Of a DNA stretch of 64,000 nt, positions 9,667 through 20,000 are shown one piece after another (the first letter of the stretch is position 1; each line of letters begins with the position of its first letter). Below the pieces are notes generated by a model. That model was not told the origin of the DNA, searched no databases, and worked only from the letters and a program-made list of their open reading frames with translations. The stretch is from Pyrinomonadaceae bacterium (GTDB taxonomy: Bacteria > Acidobacteriota > Blastocatellia > Pyrinomonadales > Pyrinomonadaceae). A program made the translations under genes and the position numbers. The stretch is taken from positions 32,001-96,000 of the forward strand of contig JBKBYA010000004.1 of assembly GCA_046313635.1 (NCBI GenBank), in the 5' to 3' direction.

Positions 9667-12600
9667 TCAGAACGTCAGTCTGAGCGAGAGCTGGACCTGT
9701 CGGGGGTCGCCGATGCCTTGACGGAGGAAGCCGTCAAAGTTGAAAAGGCTCGGCGCCGTCAGCGAGCTCTGATTGCCGGGGCCCGAGAGCGAGTTGATGT
9801 AGTTCTTGCTGTTAAAGGTATTGAACATCTCGATCTGCGGGATCAGCTCGACCGTCTCGCCGAGCTTGAACGGCCGCGCGAGACGCCAGTCGAAGGAGAA
9901 GTACTGGTTGTCCTTTCGCAGCGTGTTGCGGTTTGTGCGGTCGCCGACGCGCATCAGAGTCGCAGGCGTCGCGGGCTGGGCCGAGCGCGCCTGGAACCGC
10001 GGCGAGAACTGCAGCCGCCACGGCAGCTCTGCATAAGCGAAGAAGTTGAACTTATGCCGAATGTCGCGGTCGGAGAGCGCGTAGTCGAGCGAGAGGTTGT
10101 CGAGGTCGAACGCACGATCGGTGAACGGATCGCGCTCATTCGAGTCGTCGTCCTTATCACGCGAGAGAACGTAGTTTGCCTCCATCTGAAAGCCCTTGCT
10201 GAAACGCTTTCTCACGCCGGCGGTGAAGCCGTCGTACTTGGAATTGCCGACCGAAGAGGTGACCATCGTCTCGCCGAGGTACGGTGCAAAGAGCGCGTTT
10301 CGCACGCTGTTGCCCGTGCTGCCGTAATCCAGAAATCGCGTCAAATGACGCCCCTGCGAATGCGTGAAGTCGAAGTAGAGCGCCCAGTTAGGAGCGATCT
10401 CCTGCTCGTAGGCGGCGTTGAACGTGTAGATGTCCGGATTTTGGTAATTGCGGTCAAAGACGCGTACGCCGCTGAAGCACGGGAACGGGTTGGTTCCCCT
10501 CGGGCCCGAGCAGGAGCCAGCCGTCGGCGTGACCAGACCAGGCCAGGTCGGGGCAGTGGCAAAGCCCTGCCGGATCAGATCTGTATTGACGAATATCGTC
10601 TGCTGCTGCACGCCGTTGGTCGTGATCGAGCCGACCTGCGAGAGCATATTCTGCCGGCCGTTAAATACGCCGAAGCTCGCCCTGATCAGCGAACGACCGT
10701 TATTCGCTACGTCCCACGCAAAGCCGATGCGCGGCTGAAACATCTTGTAGTCGCTCGGCAGTGTACCGTCGGACGGGAAGCGCGGGTCGTTGAGGAATAG
10801 GCCGTATGCCGTATTCTGCGGCGCGACGACCGGCTCCGGAAAGATCTGGGCCTCCCAGCGCAGGCCGTAGTTGAGCGTAAAGTTTGGCCAGATCTGCCAG
10901 CGGTCCTGGGCAAAGAGCGCAAAGTCCTCATTGGTTATATTCGACGCGCCGGCGGCGTCTGTCGCCGGGCCCGAGCGGCCGGCACCCTGCAGGTACAGAA
11001 GCAGCGGGCCGCCCGTCGGCGTCGAGCCGGACGGACACGGCGTCGGAGCCGTGACGTACGTGCCGTTAGAGCACCGCACGGTCTGCGGGCCAAATCCACC
11101 CGGGGCCGCTGGCGAAGCGTAACGCAAAAAGCCCGTGACGCTGTCAAAGATGTAGCGGCCGGTAAAGAACCCGCGAAAGACCTGGTCGTTGAGGCTGTGC
11201 ATCCATTCGCCGCCGAACTTGACGGTGTGCCGGCCGGCGATGATCGAGAAAGTGTCGCGGACCTGCGTTCGCCAAAACAGCTCGTCGATGCCCGGCTGAA
11301 GGAAGAATGGGTTGCCGAAGCGGAACGTCGTCCCAAAGCCCATTGCCGTGTCGGCCTTCAGCGGCGAATCGGCGGCCGAACGCGGCCGATCCTCGCGCGA
11401 ATACGTAAAATGGGCCTCGTTGATCATCGTCGGCGAAAAGGTCGTGTACAGATTAAAGTTTGCGACGTTGATCTTTGAAGGGCCTTCGGTGCCGTTGGCC
11501 GAGGCGCCGTAGGTCGGCACGTCAAAGGTCTGATTGGTGTTCTTTGAATGATCGAAGTTGTACGACGCGCTGATCTTGTTTGACCTGTTCAGGTCCCAGT
11601 CCAGCTTTGCGAGAAAGGCCGAGTTGCGCACCTTGCGCTCGAGCACCACTCCCTCGTTGTAGTTGAATCGCGACTGTAAGTACGAGAGCAGAGCCCGCCG
11701 CTGGCAGTCGGCGCTGCTGTTGATGAGTGCCTCGTTGGCGGCGAGTGTCGGATTTGAGACCGGGCACGGCGTGCCGATCGGCTCGCTCAGGTTTGGGCGA
11801 TCGAGGCTCTCCAGGATCTGCTCAAAGGCGAAAAAGAAGAACGCCTTGTCCCGTTTGATCGGCCCGCCGATAGTGCCGCCAAACTGCTCGCGGTGAAATC
11901 CGTTGAGGCTCTTGCCGTCCGACGTCTTGGACGTCAGGCCCTTGAGCCGCTGGTAATAAAAGAGGCTGCCGTGCAGGTCGTTGGTGCCTGACTTTGTGAT
12001 GACGTTGATGATCCCGCCGGCCGTGCGGCCGTACTCGGCGTTGGCGCCGGTCGCGATGACCTGAAATTCCTTGACGGCCTCGAGCGTGATGTCGATGGCC
12101 GCTCGCTGGCCGCCGGCCTGCTCGCCAAAGAATCCGTTGTTGTAGTCGCCGCCGTCGAGACTGACGTTGTTAAAGATGCCTCGTTGGCCGGCAAAATTGA
12201 TCTCGTCGCCGTCGGGGCCCTGCGTAATGCTGACGCCGGGCGTGAGCGTGAGCAGGTCTTCGAATTTGCGCCCGAGGATCGGGGTGTTAGTGATCGACTT
12301 TTCATTGATCGTCGTGCTCGACTCGGTCTTGACGGTGTCGATGGTCGGCGTCGACGTCACGATGACATCGCCGCTGATGCCCGAGACCTTAAGCGTGATG
12401 TCGAGCGAGAGCAGACGGCCGACCGTGACCTCGACATTCTCCTGACTGAGCTTGGCAAAACCTTGTTTGGAAACCGAGAGGACGTATCTGCCCGACGGCA
12501 GCGACAGCAGCGTAAAGCGGCCGTCGGAATCGGTCGTGAACGTTCGCGTGAAATTGGTCGACACGTTCCGGGCTTCGACCGTCGCGCCGGGCACGACGGC

Positions 12601-12744
12601 GCCCTGCTCGTCCGAAACGGTACCCTGTATGCCGCCGGACGTAATATCCTGTGCAGACGCAAACATCGTGACGATCAAGATCAGGAGCGCCGCGCTTACG
12701 GTCCTGACACCGCACGACTCCCAAAACTTTAATTGGCTTGTCAT
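9667..12744 (-). CDS. TonB-dependent receptor, Oar-like, with N-terminal carboxypeptidase-regulatory domain
   Basis: AAGGAGA RBS; GTVSDEQGAVVPGATV, plug AVKEFQVIATGANAEYGRTAGGIINVITKSGTN, NYGLRWE, C-terminal LSLRLTF. Confidence 0.92.
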   Translation of the reverse strand: MTSQLKFWESCGVRTVSAALLILIVTMFASAQDITSGGIQGTVSDEQGAVVPGATVEARNVSTNFTRTFTTDSDGRFTLLSLPSGRYVLSVSKQGFAKLSQENVEVTVGRLLSLDITLKVSGISGDVIVTSTPTIDTVKTESSTTINEKSITNTPILGRKFEDLLTLTPGVSITQGPDGDEINFAGQRGIFNNVSLDGGDYNNGFFGEQAGGQRAAIDITLEAVKEFQVIATGANAEYGRTAGGIINVITKSGTNDLHGSLFYYQRLKGLTSKTSDGKSLNGFHREQFGGTIGGPIKRDKAFFFFAFEQILESLDRPNLSEPIGTPCPVSNPTLAANEALINSSADCQRRALLSYLQSRFNYNEGVVLERKVRNSAFLAKLDWDLNRSNKISASYNFDHSKNTNQTFDVPTYGASANGTEGPSKINVANFNLYTTFSPTMINEAHFTYSREDRPRSAADSPLKADTAMGFGTTFRFGNPFFLQPGIDELFWRTQVRDTFSIIAGRHTVKFGGEWMHSLNDQVFRGFFTGRYIFDSVTGFLRYASPAAPGGFGPQTVRCSNGTYVTAPTPCPSGSTPTGGPLLLYLQGAGRSGPATDAAGASNITNEDFALFAQDRWQIWPNFTLNYGLRWEAQIFPEPVVAPQNTAYGLFLNDPRFPSDGTLPSDYKMFQPRIGFAWDVANNGRSLIRASFGVFNGRQNMLSQVGSITTNGVQQQTIFVNTDLIRQGFATAPTWPGLVTPTAGSCSGPRGTNPFPCFSGVRVFDRNYQNPDIYTFNAAYEQEIAPNWALYFDFTHSQGRHLTRFLDYGSTGNSVRNALFAPYLGETMVTSSVGNSKYDGFTAGVRKRFSKGFQMEANYVLSRDKDDDSNERDPFTDRAFDLDNLSLDYALSDRDIRHKFNFFAYAELPWRLQFSPRFQARSAQPATPATLMRVGDRTNRNTLRKDNQYFSFDWRLARPFKLGETVELIPQIEMFNTFNSKNYINSLSGPGNQSSLTAPSLFNFDGFLRQGIGDPRQVQLSLRLTF

Positions 12745-12916
12745 TGGTTCTCTCCTTGAAAAGTTTTTTAACAAAAGCTGCTTCCCAGGTTCGAAGGCCG
12801 CAGGTGAGGTGTGACCGGAATGCGGCGGATGAGCAAAAGACCGACGCTGCTCAAACGCGAATTTGTACTATCTGGATACCGAGCCTCGTGAGAGCCAGTC
12901 AAAGAATTGCGGAGCA

Positions 12917-12946
12917 ATTATATTCTCGCGGCCGCGGATTTCGCAA
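12917..12946 (-). promoter_or_regulatory. Putative sigma70 promoter of the TonB-dependent receptor
   Basis: Minus strand TTGCGA-N18-TATAAT, implying a leader of about 165 nt. Confidence 0.5.
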
Positions 12947-13068
12947 AAATCATCGTTCGCGGCAGGCAGGCGAGTGCCGGGCGTGAATGGCCGCCGGCGG
13001 CCGCCGGCGTTCTCCCGTCGCGAATTCCAGGCAAATTTTGGCTATAATTCCTGAATCGAAGAGCATTC

Positions 13069-14127
13069 ATGAAGCCTTTCAAGATCAGAGATATCGATAT
13101 CGACCCGCCGCTCATCCTCTCGCCGATGGCGGGCGTGACCGATTACGTCTTTCGGCGTCTGATCAAGCGCCGCGGCGGCGTTGGGCTGGTCGTATCTGAA
13201 TTCATCTCGGTCGAGGGGCTCACGCGCAACAATCCAAAATCGAAGCGGCAGATGCGCTTTGACGAGGAAGAAAGGCCGTTCGCGGTGCAGATCTTCGGCG
13301 GGCAGCCCGAGCGGATGGCGATGGGAGCCGAGATGGCCGAGGAGGTCGGTGCCGACATTCTCGACGTCAACTGCGGCTGCCCGGCGCCGAAGGTCGTCAA
13401 GAACGGCGGCGGCTCGGCACTGCTGCGCGAGCCCGAACGTCTCGAGACGATACTCAAAGAGATCAAGAGGTCGATCTCGATACCGCTCACGCTCAAATTG
13501 CGGACCGGATATTCCGACGCGTCGATCAACGTCGTCGACGTCGCAAAGATGGCCGAGCAATGCGGCGTCGAGCACATTCAGGTGCACGGCCGCACTCGCG
13601 AGCAGGCGTACAAGGGACTCGCGAATTGGGACATCATCAGGCAGGTCAAGGAGGCCGTCTCGATCCCCGTGTCGGGCAACGGCGACATTACGACGATCGA
13701 ATACGGGATGAATAAATGGCGCGAGTCGGGGGTCGACGGTATCTTGATCGGCCGCGGCGCGATGCAGAACCCTTGGATCTTTCGCCAGTTTGCGGACGTA
13801 CTCGCCGGCCGCGAGCCGTACGTGCCGACCGTCGAAGAGAAAAAGGCCGTTCTGCTCGAATTCTTTGAGATGTGTCTCGGCGAGATGCCCGAGATCGTCG
13901 CTCTCGGCAAGATGAAGCAGCTCGCCGGGCAGTTCACAAAAGGTCTCGCCGGCGGCGCACAGTTTCGCCAGACGCTATATCATTCGCACTCGGCCGGCGA
14001 GATACTCGACAACATCGCGACGTATTTCGAAACGCTGGCCGCGGGGCGCCGCTTTGGCGACGGCGCCGTCGAGGCCGACGCCGACCTCGCGATCGACTCA
14101 TGCGACGCGTTCGTCACAGCAGCCTAA
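13069..14127 (+). CDS. dusB: tRNA-dihydrouridine synthase
   Basis: LSPMAGVTD, QIFGG, DVNCGCPAPKV, VHGRTR, GNGDI, IGRGAMQNPWIF; TATAAT at 13043. Confidence 0.93.
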   Translation: MKPFKIRDIDIDPPLILSPMAGVTDYVFRRLIKRRGGVGLVVSEFISVEGLTRNNPKSKRQMRFDEEERPFAVQIFGGQPERMAMGAEMAEEVGADILDVNCGCPAPKVVKNGGGSALLREPERLETILKEIKRSISIPLTLKLRTGYSDASINVVDVAKMAEQCGVEHIQVHGRTREQAYKGLANWDIIRQVKEAVSIPVSGNGDITTIEYGMNKWRESGVDGILIGRGAMQNPWIFRQFADVLAGREPYVPTVEEKKAVLLEFFEMCLGEMPEIVALGKMKQLAGQFTKGLAGGAQFRQTLYHSHSAGEILDNIATYFETLAAGRRFGDGAVEADADLAIDSCDAFVTAA

Positions 14128-14158
14128 CGACAGCCGACACTTTATCTCGACCGCAGCT

Positions 14159-14995
14159 ATGAAAAACCTAATACTAATACTCGCCTGTACGGCGCTCGTC
14201 TCGCTCAACGCGAGTGCGCAAAAGCTCACCGCCGAACAGGTCGTCGCCCGCAGCCTCGACTCGATCGCGAAGTCCTCGGAGCGGGCCAAGCTCAAGAGCA
14301 TCGTCGCGATCGGTCAGGCAAATTACAGCAAGACGGTCGGCGACCGCCTCGGCACGCAGGGGCGCGCGGTGATCGCCTCAGAGGCCGGCCGTTCGGCCTT
14401 TGCGATGGCCTTTCGGGCGTCGAGCTACCCGCAAGAGAAGATCACGTTTGACGGCAAGGAAGTGACCATCGCCTTCGCGACGCCCGGAGCGCGGTCGCCG
14501 TTTGGCGGGTTTCTCCAGACGTTTCGCGACGTCGTGACCGACGGGCTGCTCGGCGGCACGCTGATGCGGAATTGGCTGCTCTACGACGCCGCCAACGCTT
14601 CGCGCGGCAAGCTCACCGTCGAGGGACTCAAAAAGATCGACGGCAAGGATGTGTACGCGGTCAGCTACATCCGCAAGGGCGGCTCGGACCTGGACGTCCG
14701 CCTGTACTTTGACAAAGAGACGTTTCGCCATGTCCGCACCGAGTACAAGCGCGTCTTTGCCGCGCCGATGGGGCCGACGCCCGAACTCTCGGCCAGGCAG
14801 AGCGAAACGCGGTATGGGCTGGTCGAGGACTTCAGCGACTTCAAGACCGAGTATGGCGTGACGCTGCCGCGCAAGTACACGATCAGATTCAGCGCCGACA
14901 ACGGCCGCACGACGAGCGAATACACGTACACTCTCGAGTTTGCAAATTTTTACTACAACCAGGAATTGGACGCCGACACCTTCAGCGGCAATTGA
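14159..14995 (+). CDS. Secreted hypothetical protein (possibly LolA-like)
   Basis: Signal peptide ending ASA-QK; LYFDKETFRHVRTEY...FSDFKTEYGVTLP. Confidence 0.75.
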   Translation: MKNLILILACTALVSLNASAQKLTAEQVVARSLDSIAKSSERAKLKSIVAIGQANYSKTVGDRLGTQGRAVIASEAGRSAFAMAFRASSYPQEKITFDGKEVTIAFATPGARSPFGGFLQTFRDVVTDGLLGGTLMRNWLLYDAANASRGKLTVEGLKKIDGKDVYAVSYIRKGGSDLDVRLYFDKETFRHVRTEYKRVFAAPMGPTPELSARQSETRYGLVEDFSDFKTEYGVTLPRKYTIRFSADNGRTTSEYTYTLEFANFYYNQELDADTFSGN

Positions 14996-14997
14996 GA

Positions 14998-15456
14998 ATG
15001 AGATCGACAATACTCGCCGCCGCGGCCTGCGGCGGCATAGTTATCGGGTCGTACGCCGCCGTAAGCGCTCAGCCGGCCCCCAAGCCGGCTGCCGCTGCGA
15101 CGGTCAGCTCTGCCTCCTCGACGCCGGCCTTCGCCGAGGTGCTGCTGCGCCGCACCGAGTACGAATCCGAACTCGAATCGCTGCTGCTCGACTACACAGA
15201 GGAATATCCGAGGGTAAAGGAATTGCGATATGCCCTCGGTCAGGTGAGAGATACCGAGTCAAAGCTGCTTGCGGTCAAGCCCGACGACCAGCAAAGGCTG
15301 ACTCTTGCGCTCGGCAAGCTGCTCGTCCGCAGGATCGAACTCGAGGTCGATCTCTGGCGGCTCAGGCAGACGTACGCCGCCTCATCGCCCGACGTCCGCC
15401 GCGCGGCCAGGCGTCTCGAGATCTATGACCGCGCGATCAGGCAGATCCTACCGTAA
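14998..15456 (+). CDS. Secreted coiled-coil hypothetical protein
   Basis: Signal-like N-terminus; two similar units YTEEYPRVKEL and YAASSPDVRRA, reminiscent of polysaccharide co-polymerase coils. Confidence 0.7.
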   Translation: MRSTILAAAACGGIVIGSYAAVSAQPAPKPAAAATVSSASSTPAFAEVLLRRTEYESELESLLLDYTEEYPRVKELRYALGQVRDTESKLLAVKPDDQQRLTLALGKLLVRRIELEVDLWRLRQTYAASSPDVRRAARRLEIYDRAIRQILP

Positions 15457-15726
15457 CAGATCGTCCACGACGCCCTCGTCGCGAAGTACCGTAAAGAGCG
15501 ATGCGGCAGACCCCTTTGACACCTGCTTGGTCTTTGGGATCGACTCCACGCGGACCTCTGTCCGGCGATTGCGGCGCCGGATCGCGATCGTGTCGCCCGG
15601 CTTGACCTCTTTTGACGACCTCGCCGGCACGCCGTTGACGTCGATCAGCCCAGCATCGCAGAATTCCTGCGCCAGCGTCCGCCGCGGTATCAGCCGGCTC
15701 GATTTGAGAAATAGATCGAGTCTCAC
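15448..15726 (-). CDS. S4-domain RNA-binding protein (Hsp15/YabO-RqcP family)
   Basis: MRLDLFLKSSRLIPRRTLAQEFCDAGLIDVNG...SKEVKPGDTI. Confidence 0.9.
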   Translation of the reverse strand: MRLDLFLKSSRLIPRRTLAQEFCDAGLIDVNGVPARSSKEVKPGDTIAIRRRNRRTEVRVESIPKTKQVSKGSAASLFTVLRDEGVVDDLLR

Positions 15727-15743
15727 ATTCAGCAGTATGCAAC

Positions 15744-15779
15744 AAAAAAAGGTAACGGAATGGTCGTCTTTCCGTTACC
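15744..15779 (-). terminator. Intrinsic terminator after the surA-like gene
   Basis: ggtaacggaa/ttccgttacc stem with a U7 tail on the minus strand. Confidence 0.75.
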
Positions 15780-15800
15780 GATGATCCGTCTAGAGGGCGA

Positions 15801-16868
15801 TCAGTTGGACGATTTCTTGGTGTCGTTCTTGGCGGTCCGCTCGTCGGCAAAGAGGATCGGCGACACCTCGGCTCGATAGCTTTCGCTGATCTTGATGTAC
15901 GCCTCCTCTCGCAGCTTGGACATGAACTTTTTAGTCTCGGACGGCGCCTTTTCGTTCAGGATGGCAAGACGCACCGCACTCTCGTCAAAGACCGATTCGC
16001 TGCTCGCGTCGATACGCTCGTCAACCCTCAGGATGTTGACGCCGAGCCCGTCGACCTCGATCGGGTCGGTGTATCCGCCGACCTTGACGCCGGCGAGCGC
16101 CTTCTTGTACTTATCGTCAAGGTCATTGACGGTAAAAGTATCGACCTTGCCCTTGCTCTCGGCGGCGCCGGGCCGGTCCGAATTGTCGAGGACCGCCTTT
16201 GTAAAATCGGCTCCTGCACGGAGCTGCGCGACCAATTGCCTCGCCTTTTCACGCACGGCGGCCTCGTCGCGGCCCGCAAAGCTGAGAAAGATCTCGCTGA
16301 GCGTCACCTTCTCGGGTTTGGCAAATTTCGACTTGTTCTTTTCGTAATATTCCTTGAGCTCGGTCGGCGTCGGCGCCCAGTACACCTTTGACTGAACTTC
16401 ACGGCGAAACACCTCGTCTCGAGTCGCCTGACGGCGCCAGTTGTCCTTTAATTCCTGCGGGTCGATGCCCTGCTTCTGCATCTCTTCGTAGAGCTGGTCG
16501 AGCGTCTTCAGGTTGTACTGCTTCATTATCTGCAGGAATCGAGAGTTGAGACTGGCCTCAACATCCTGTTCGACGCCGAGCTCTTTGCCGCGCTGCATCA
16601 TAAGCTCCTCGTTGATGAGGTTGGCGATCAGGTCCCCTCGCTTTCCTTCGACGATCTTTTGGGCCTCATCGCGCTTTTTGCCCTCCTGCACGAGCGAGTC
16701 GACCGCGAGCTTCATCTCTCGCTTGATCTTAGAAAGCGTGATGACGCCGTCATTCACCTGTGCGACCACTTCGTCGACGACCTTGACGTCGCTCTCCTGG
16801 GCGGCCGTCGAAAAAGCTGCGACCAGCATCGCAAAAGACAACACAACAGCCCGCTTAAATACTCTCAT
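15801..16868 (-). CDS. surA: SurA-like peptidyl-prolyl isomerase/chaperone
   Basis: Signal peptide; VVDEVVAQVNDGVITLS N-domain; parvulin-like EKVTLSEIFL...GADFTKAVLDNSD. Confidence 0.85.
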   Translation of the reverse strand: MRVFKRAVVLSFAMLVAAFSTAAQESDVKVVDEVVAQVNDGVITLSKIKREMKLAVDSLVQEGKKRDEAQKIVEGKRGDLIANLINEELMMQRGKELGVEQDVEASLNSRFLQIMKQYNLKTLDQLYEEMQKQGIDPQELKDNWRRQATRDEVFRREVQSKVYWAPTPTELKEYYEKNKSKFAKPEKVTLSEIFLSFAGRDEAAVREKARQLVAQLRAGADFTKAVLDNSDRPGAAESKGKVDTFTVNDLDDKYKKALAGVKVGGYTDPIEVDGLGVNILRVDERIDASSESVFDESAVRLAILNEKAPSETKKFMSKLREEAYIKISESYRAEVSPILFADERTAKNDTKKSSN

Positions 16869-17019
16869 TACTAAACTCCAATTTATTATTACAGTTGATC
16901 TTACCGAATCAGCCCAAACGATACGACCGCTTGGATGCCCGAATGCACGATAGGGTTTATCTCGGTTGTGAATATAGCCTTTACAGACGGTTTACTCAAA
17001 CGGCGTGACGGGTCGCGGG

Positions 17020-20000
17020 TCAACCCTCGCGGAGCTGCGAGAGCGCGGCCGCGGCGGCGGCGATAGGGCCTTCGCCGTCTGCCAGCGGCACCCGAAGTAT
17101 GCCGCTCGGCGAAAAGCTTGCACCTTCATTCTCGGAGAGGAACGTCATCAGCCGCTCGGGCGAGACACGGACGTTCTCGCTCATCTTGATGGCGAGCCCG
17201 TCCTTTGCCCGGTCGATCGAGACGACGCGCATCGACTCGGCGAGACGCCGCAGCCGGCCGTATTCAAAAAGTTTCTCGACCTGGTCGGGGAGCCGGCCGT
17301 AGCGGTCGATCAGCTCGTCGTGGATGCGTGCAAGCTCGTCGTCGCTGTCGGCCGACGAGATACGCTTGTAGGTGCGAAGCCGCTGGCTCGTATCCGAGAT
17401 GTACTCCTTGGGGATCGAGACGTCGACGCCGACGTTGATCGAGACGCCGATCTCGTCAGAGACCTCTTCGCCGCGGATCTCGGCGATCGTCCGCTCGAGC
17501 ATCTTGGTGTAGAGATCAAAGCCGAGCGCGTCCAGGTGCCCCGACTGCTGGCCGCCGAGGATGTTGCCCGCGCCGCGGAGCTCGAGATCGAGCGCCGCTA
17601 TCCGGAATCCGGCGCCGAGGTCCGAGAATTCGCGTATCGCGCTCAGACGCCGCCGTGCGATCGGCGTCAGCTCGAGCTCGCTCGGTATCAGCAGGTATGC
17701 ATACGCGCGCCGATTCGAGCGTCCGACGCGGCCGCGAAGCTGGTAGAGCTGCGATAGGCCGTACGTGTCGGCGCGATTGATGATGATCGTGTTTGCCCGC
17801 GGGATGTCGATGCCGTTCTCGATGATCGTCGTCGCGACGAGAATGTCGTACTTAAAGTCCATGAAATCGAGCATCACCTGCTCCATTTCTTTCTCGTTCA
17901 TCTGCCCGTGCCCGACGGCGATGCGGGCCGACGGGACGATCTTTTTGATCAGGGCCGCGATCGGCTCGATCGTCTCGACGCGGTTGTGAATGAAAAAGAC
18001 CTGCCCGCTGCGCGCGAGCTCGAGCTCGATCGCCGAGCGGATCACGCCCTCAGAGAACTGCACGACCTGCGTATTGATCGCGAGTCGATCGCGCGGCGGC
18101 GTCTCGATCACCGACATATCGCGCATACCGACGAGCGCCATGTTGAGCGTTCGGGGTATCGGCGTCGCCGAGAGCGTAAGCACGTCGACCTTCTTCTTGA
18201 GCTGTTTTAGCTTTTCTTTATGACCGACGCCGAAGCGCTGCTCTTCGTCGACGATGACCAGGCCGAGTCGCGGGAATTTGACATCGGTCGAGAGCAGGCG
18301 ATGCGTGCCGATGAGGATGTCGACGTCGCCTTTTTCGGTCTTTTCGACGACGGCTTTTTGTTCGCGCGTCGAGCGAAAGCGCGACAGCAGATCGATCTTT
18401 ACCGGGAACGCGCCGAATCGCCGCGTGAACGTCTCAAAGTGCTGGTACGCGAGCACCGTCGTCGGCGTCAGCACCGCGACCTGCTTGCCGTCCATCACGG
18501 CCTTAAAGGCGGCCCGCATCGCGACCTCGGTCTTGCCGTATCCGACGTCGCCCACGACGAGCCGGTCCATCGGCCGCGGCGCCTCCATATCCTCTTTGAC
18601 GGCGTCGATCGTCGTCGCCTGATCGGCCGTCAGATCGTACGGGAAGGCATCTTCGAACTCGAGCTGCCACGGCCCGTCGGGCTGGAATGCGTAGCCCTGC
18701 ACGAGCTTTCGCTCGGCGTAGAGCCGGAGGAGCTCGTCGGCCATATCGCGCATCGCGCGTTTTGCCTTGGCCTTGGTCTTTTGCCAGCCGATACCGCCGA
18801 GCCGGTCCAGCGTCGGAGCCGCGGCCTCGCCCGAGGCGTAACGCGACACGAGATCGAGCCGCTCGACCGGGACAAAGAGCTTTGCGTTATCGGCATAGAC
18901 CAGCAGCATGAACTCGCGTTCGCCGCCGCCGCCTGCGTTGATCGTCTGCAGTCCCTCGAATCGCCCGATGCCGTGATCGACGTGCACGACGTAATCGCCC
19001 TGCTTGAGATCGCGAAAGTCGGAGATGAATGCGCCGACATTTGACCTGGCACGCTTCGGCGCGGTCGTGCGCGTGCCGATCTCGGCATGCTGGCTCTCGC
19101 CAAAAACGTCGATCTCGGTATAAACGGTCAGCCGCGCCGACGGCAGCTCAAAGCCGCCCGAGAGATCGCCGACGATCAGCGACTCGGGCGCGACGCTCGC
19201 GTCGTACTCGCGCAGCACGTCATTCAGCCGCTCGGCAAGACCGGTCGTTTGCATTACCAAAAGGCTGGTGACCCGATCGCTCCTGATCGCCTCTGAAAAC
19301 TGCCTGATATCGCCGCCGAACTTGCGCGTCGAGCGTGAAGTGATCTCGATATCGGTCGATCGCTCGGCGGTCGGAAACAAGAAGAGGGGCGTGAAAGGTT
19401 CAGCGTTCAGGGTTCCGAGTTCAGAGTTGTTTTCAGGCGCGGCGCCCTGAACTCTGACCTCCGATCTTCCGCTGTCGAGCATCCCGAACTGCTCGTCGAT
19501 AGCGGCCGCGGTCTTGCCGAGCGCGCGCAGCTCGACCCGCGGCGACGAGCCGATCCGCTCGCGAAGCTCCTCCGGCTCGAGAAACAATTCTTTTGGCTCG
19601 AGCGCGACGTCGCCCAGATCGAGCGTCTGCCGGTATCGCCGCCCGAGGTCGTCATACAGTGAGCCGAGCGTCTGCTCGATCACCGGCGGCTCGTCGACGA
19701 CGAGCACCGAGTCGTCGAGATAGTCAAACAGCGTCCCCGTCAGAGGCTTGCTCAGCGGCAGCAAAAACTCCCATCCCGAAAACGTCTCGCCCGCCTCGGC
19801 AAAATCCGTCCGGTCCCGGAGATTGCGTGCAAACCGCTCGTCGCCGAAGCGGTCCTCGGCAAATAGCGCCCATTCGCGCATATCTTCGGCGGACGCGGCA
19901 AACTCGCGCATCGGGGCGATCGCCGTCTCCTTGAGCTGGCCGGTCGAGAGCTGAGTGTCGGGGTCGAAGGCGCGGATCGAGTCGACCGTGTCGCCAAAGA

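Noticed and set aside
12780..12910. Named riboswitch (SAH-like AGGCTCGG, ZTP-like GACTGGC fragments)
   Set aside because: Only isolated short matches; the other conserved elements are missing.
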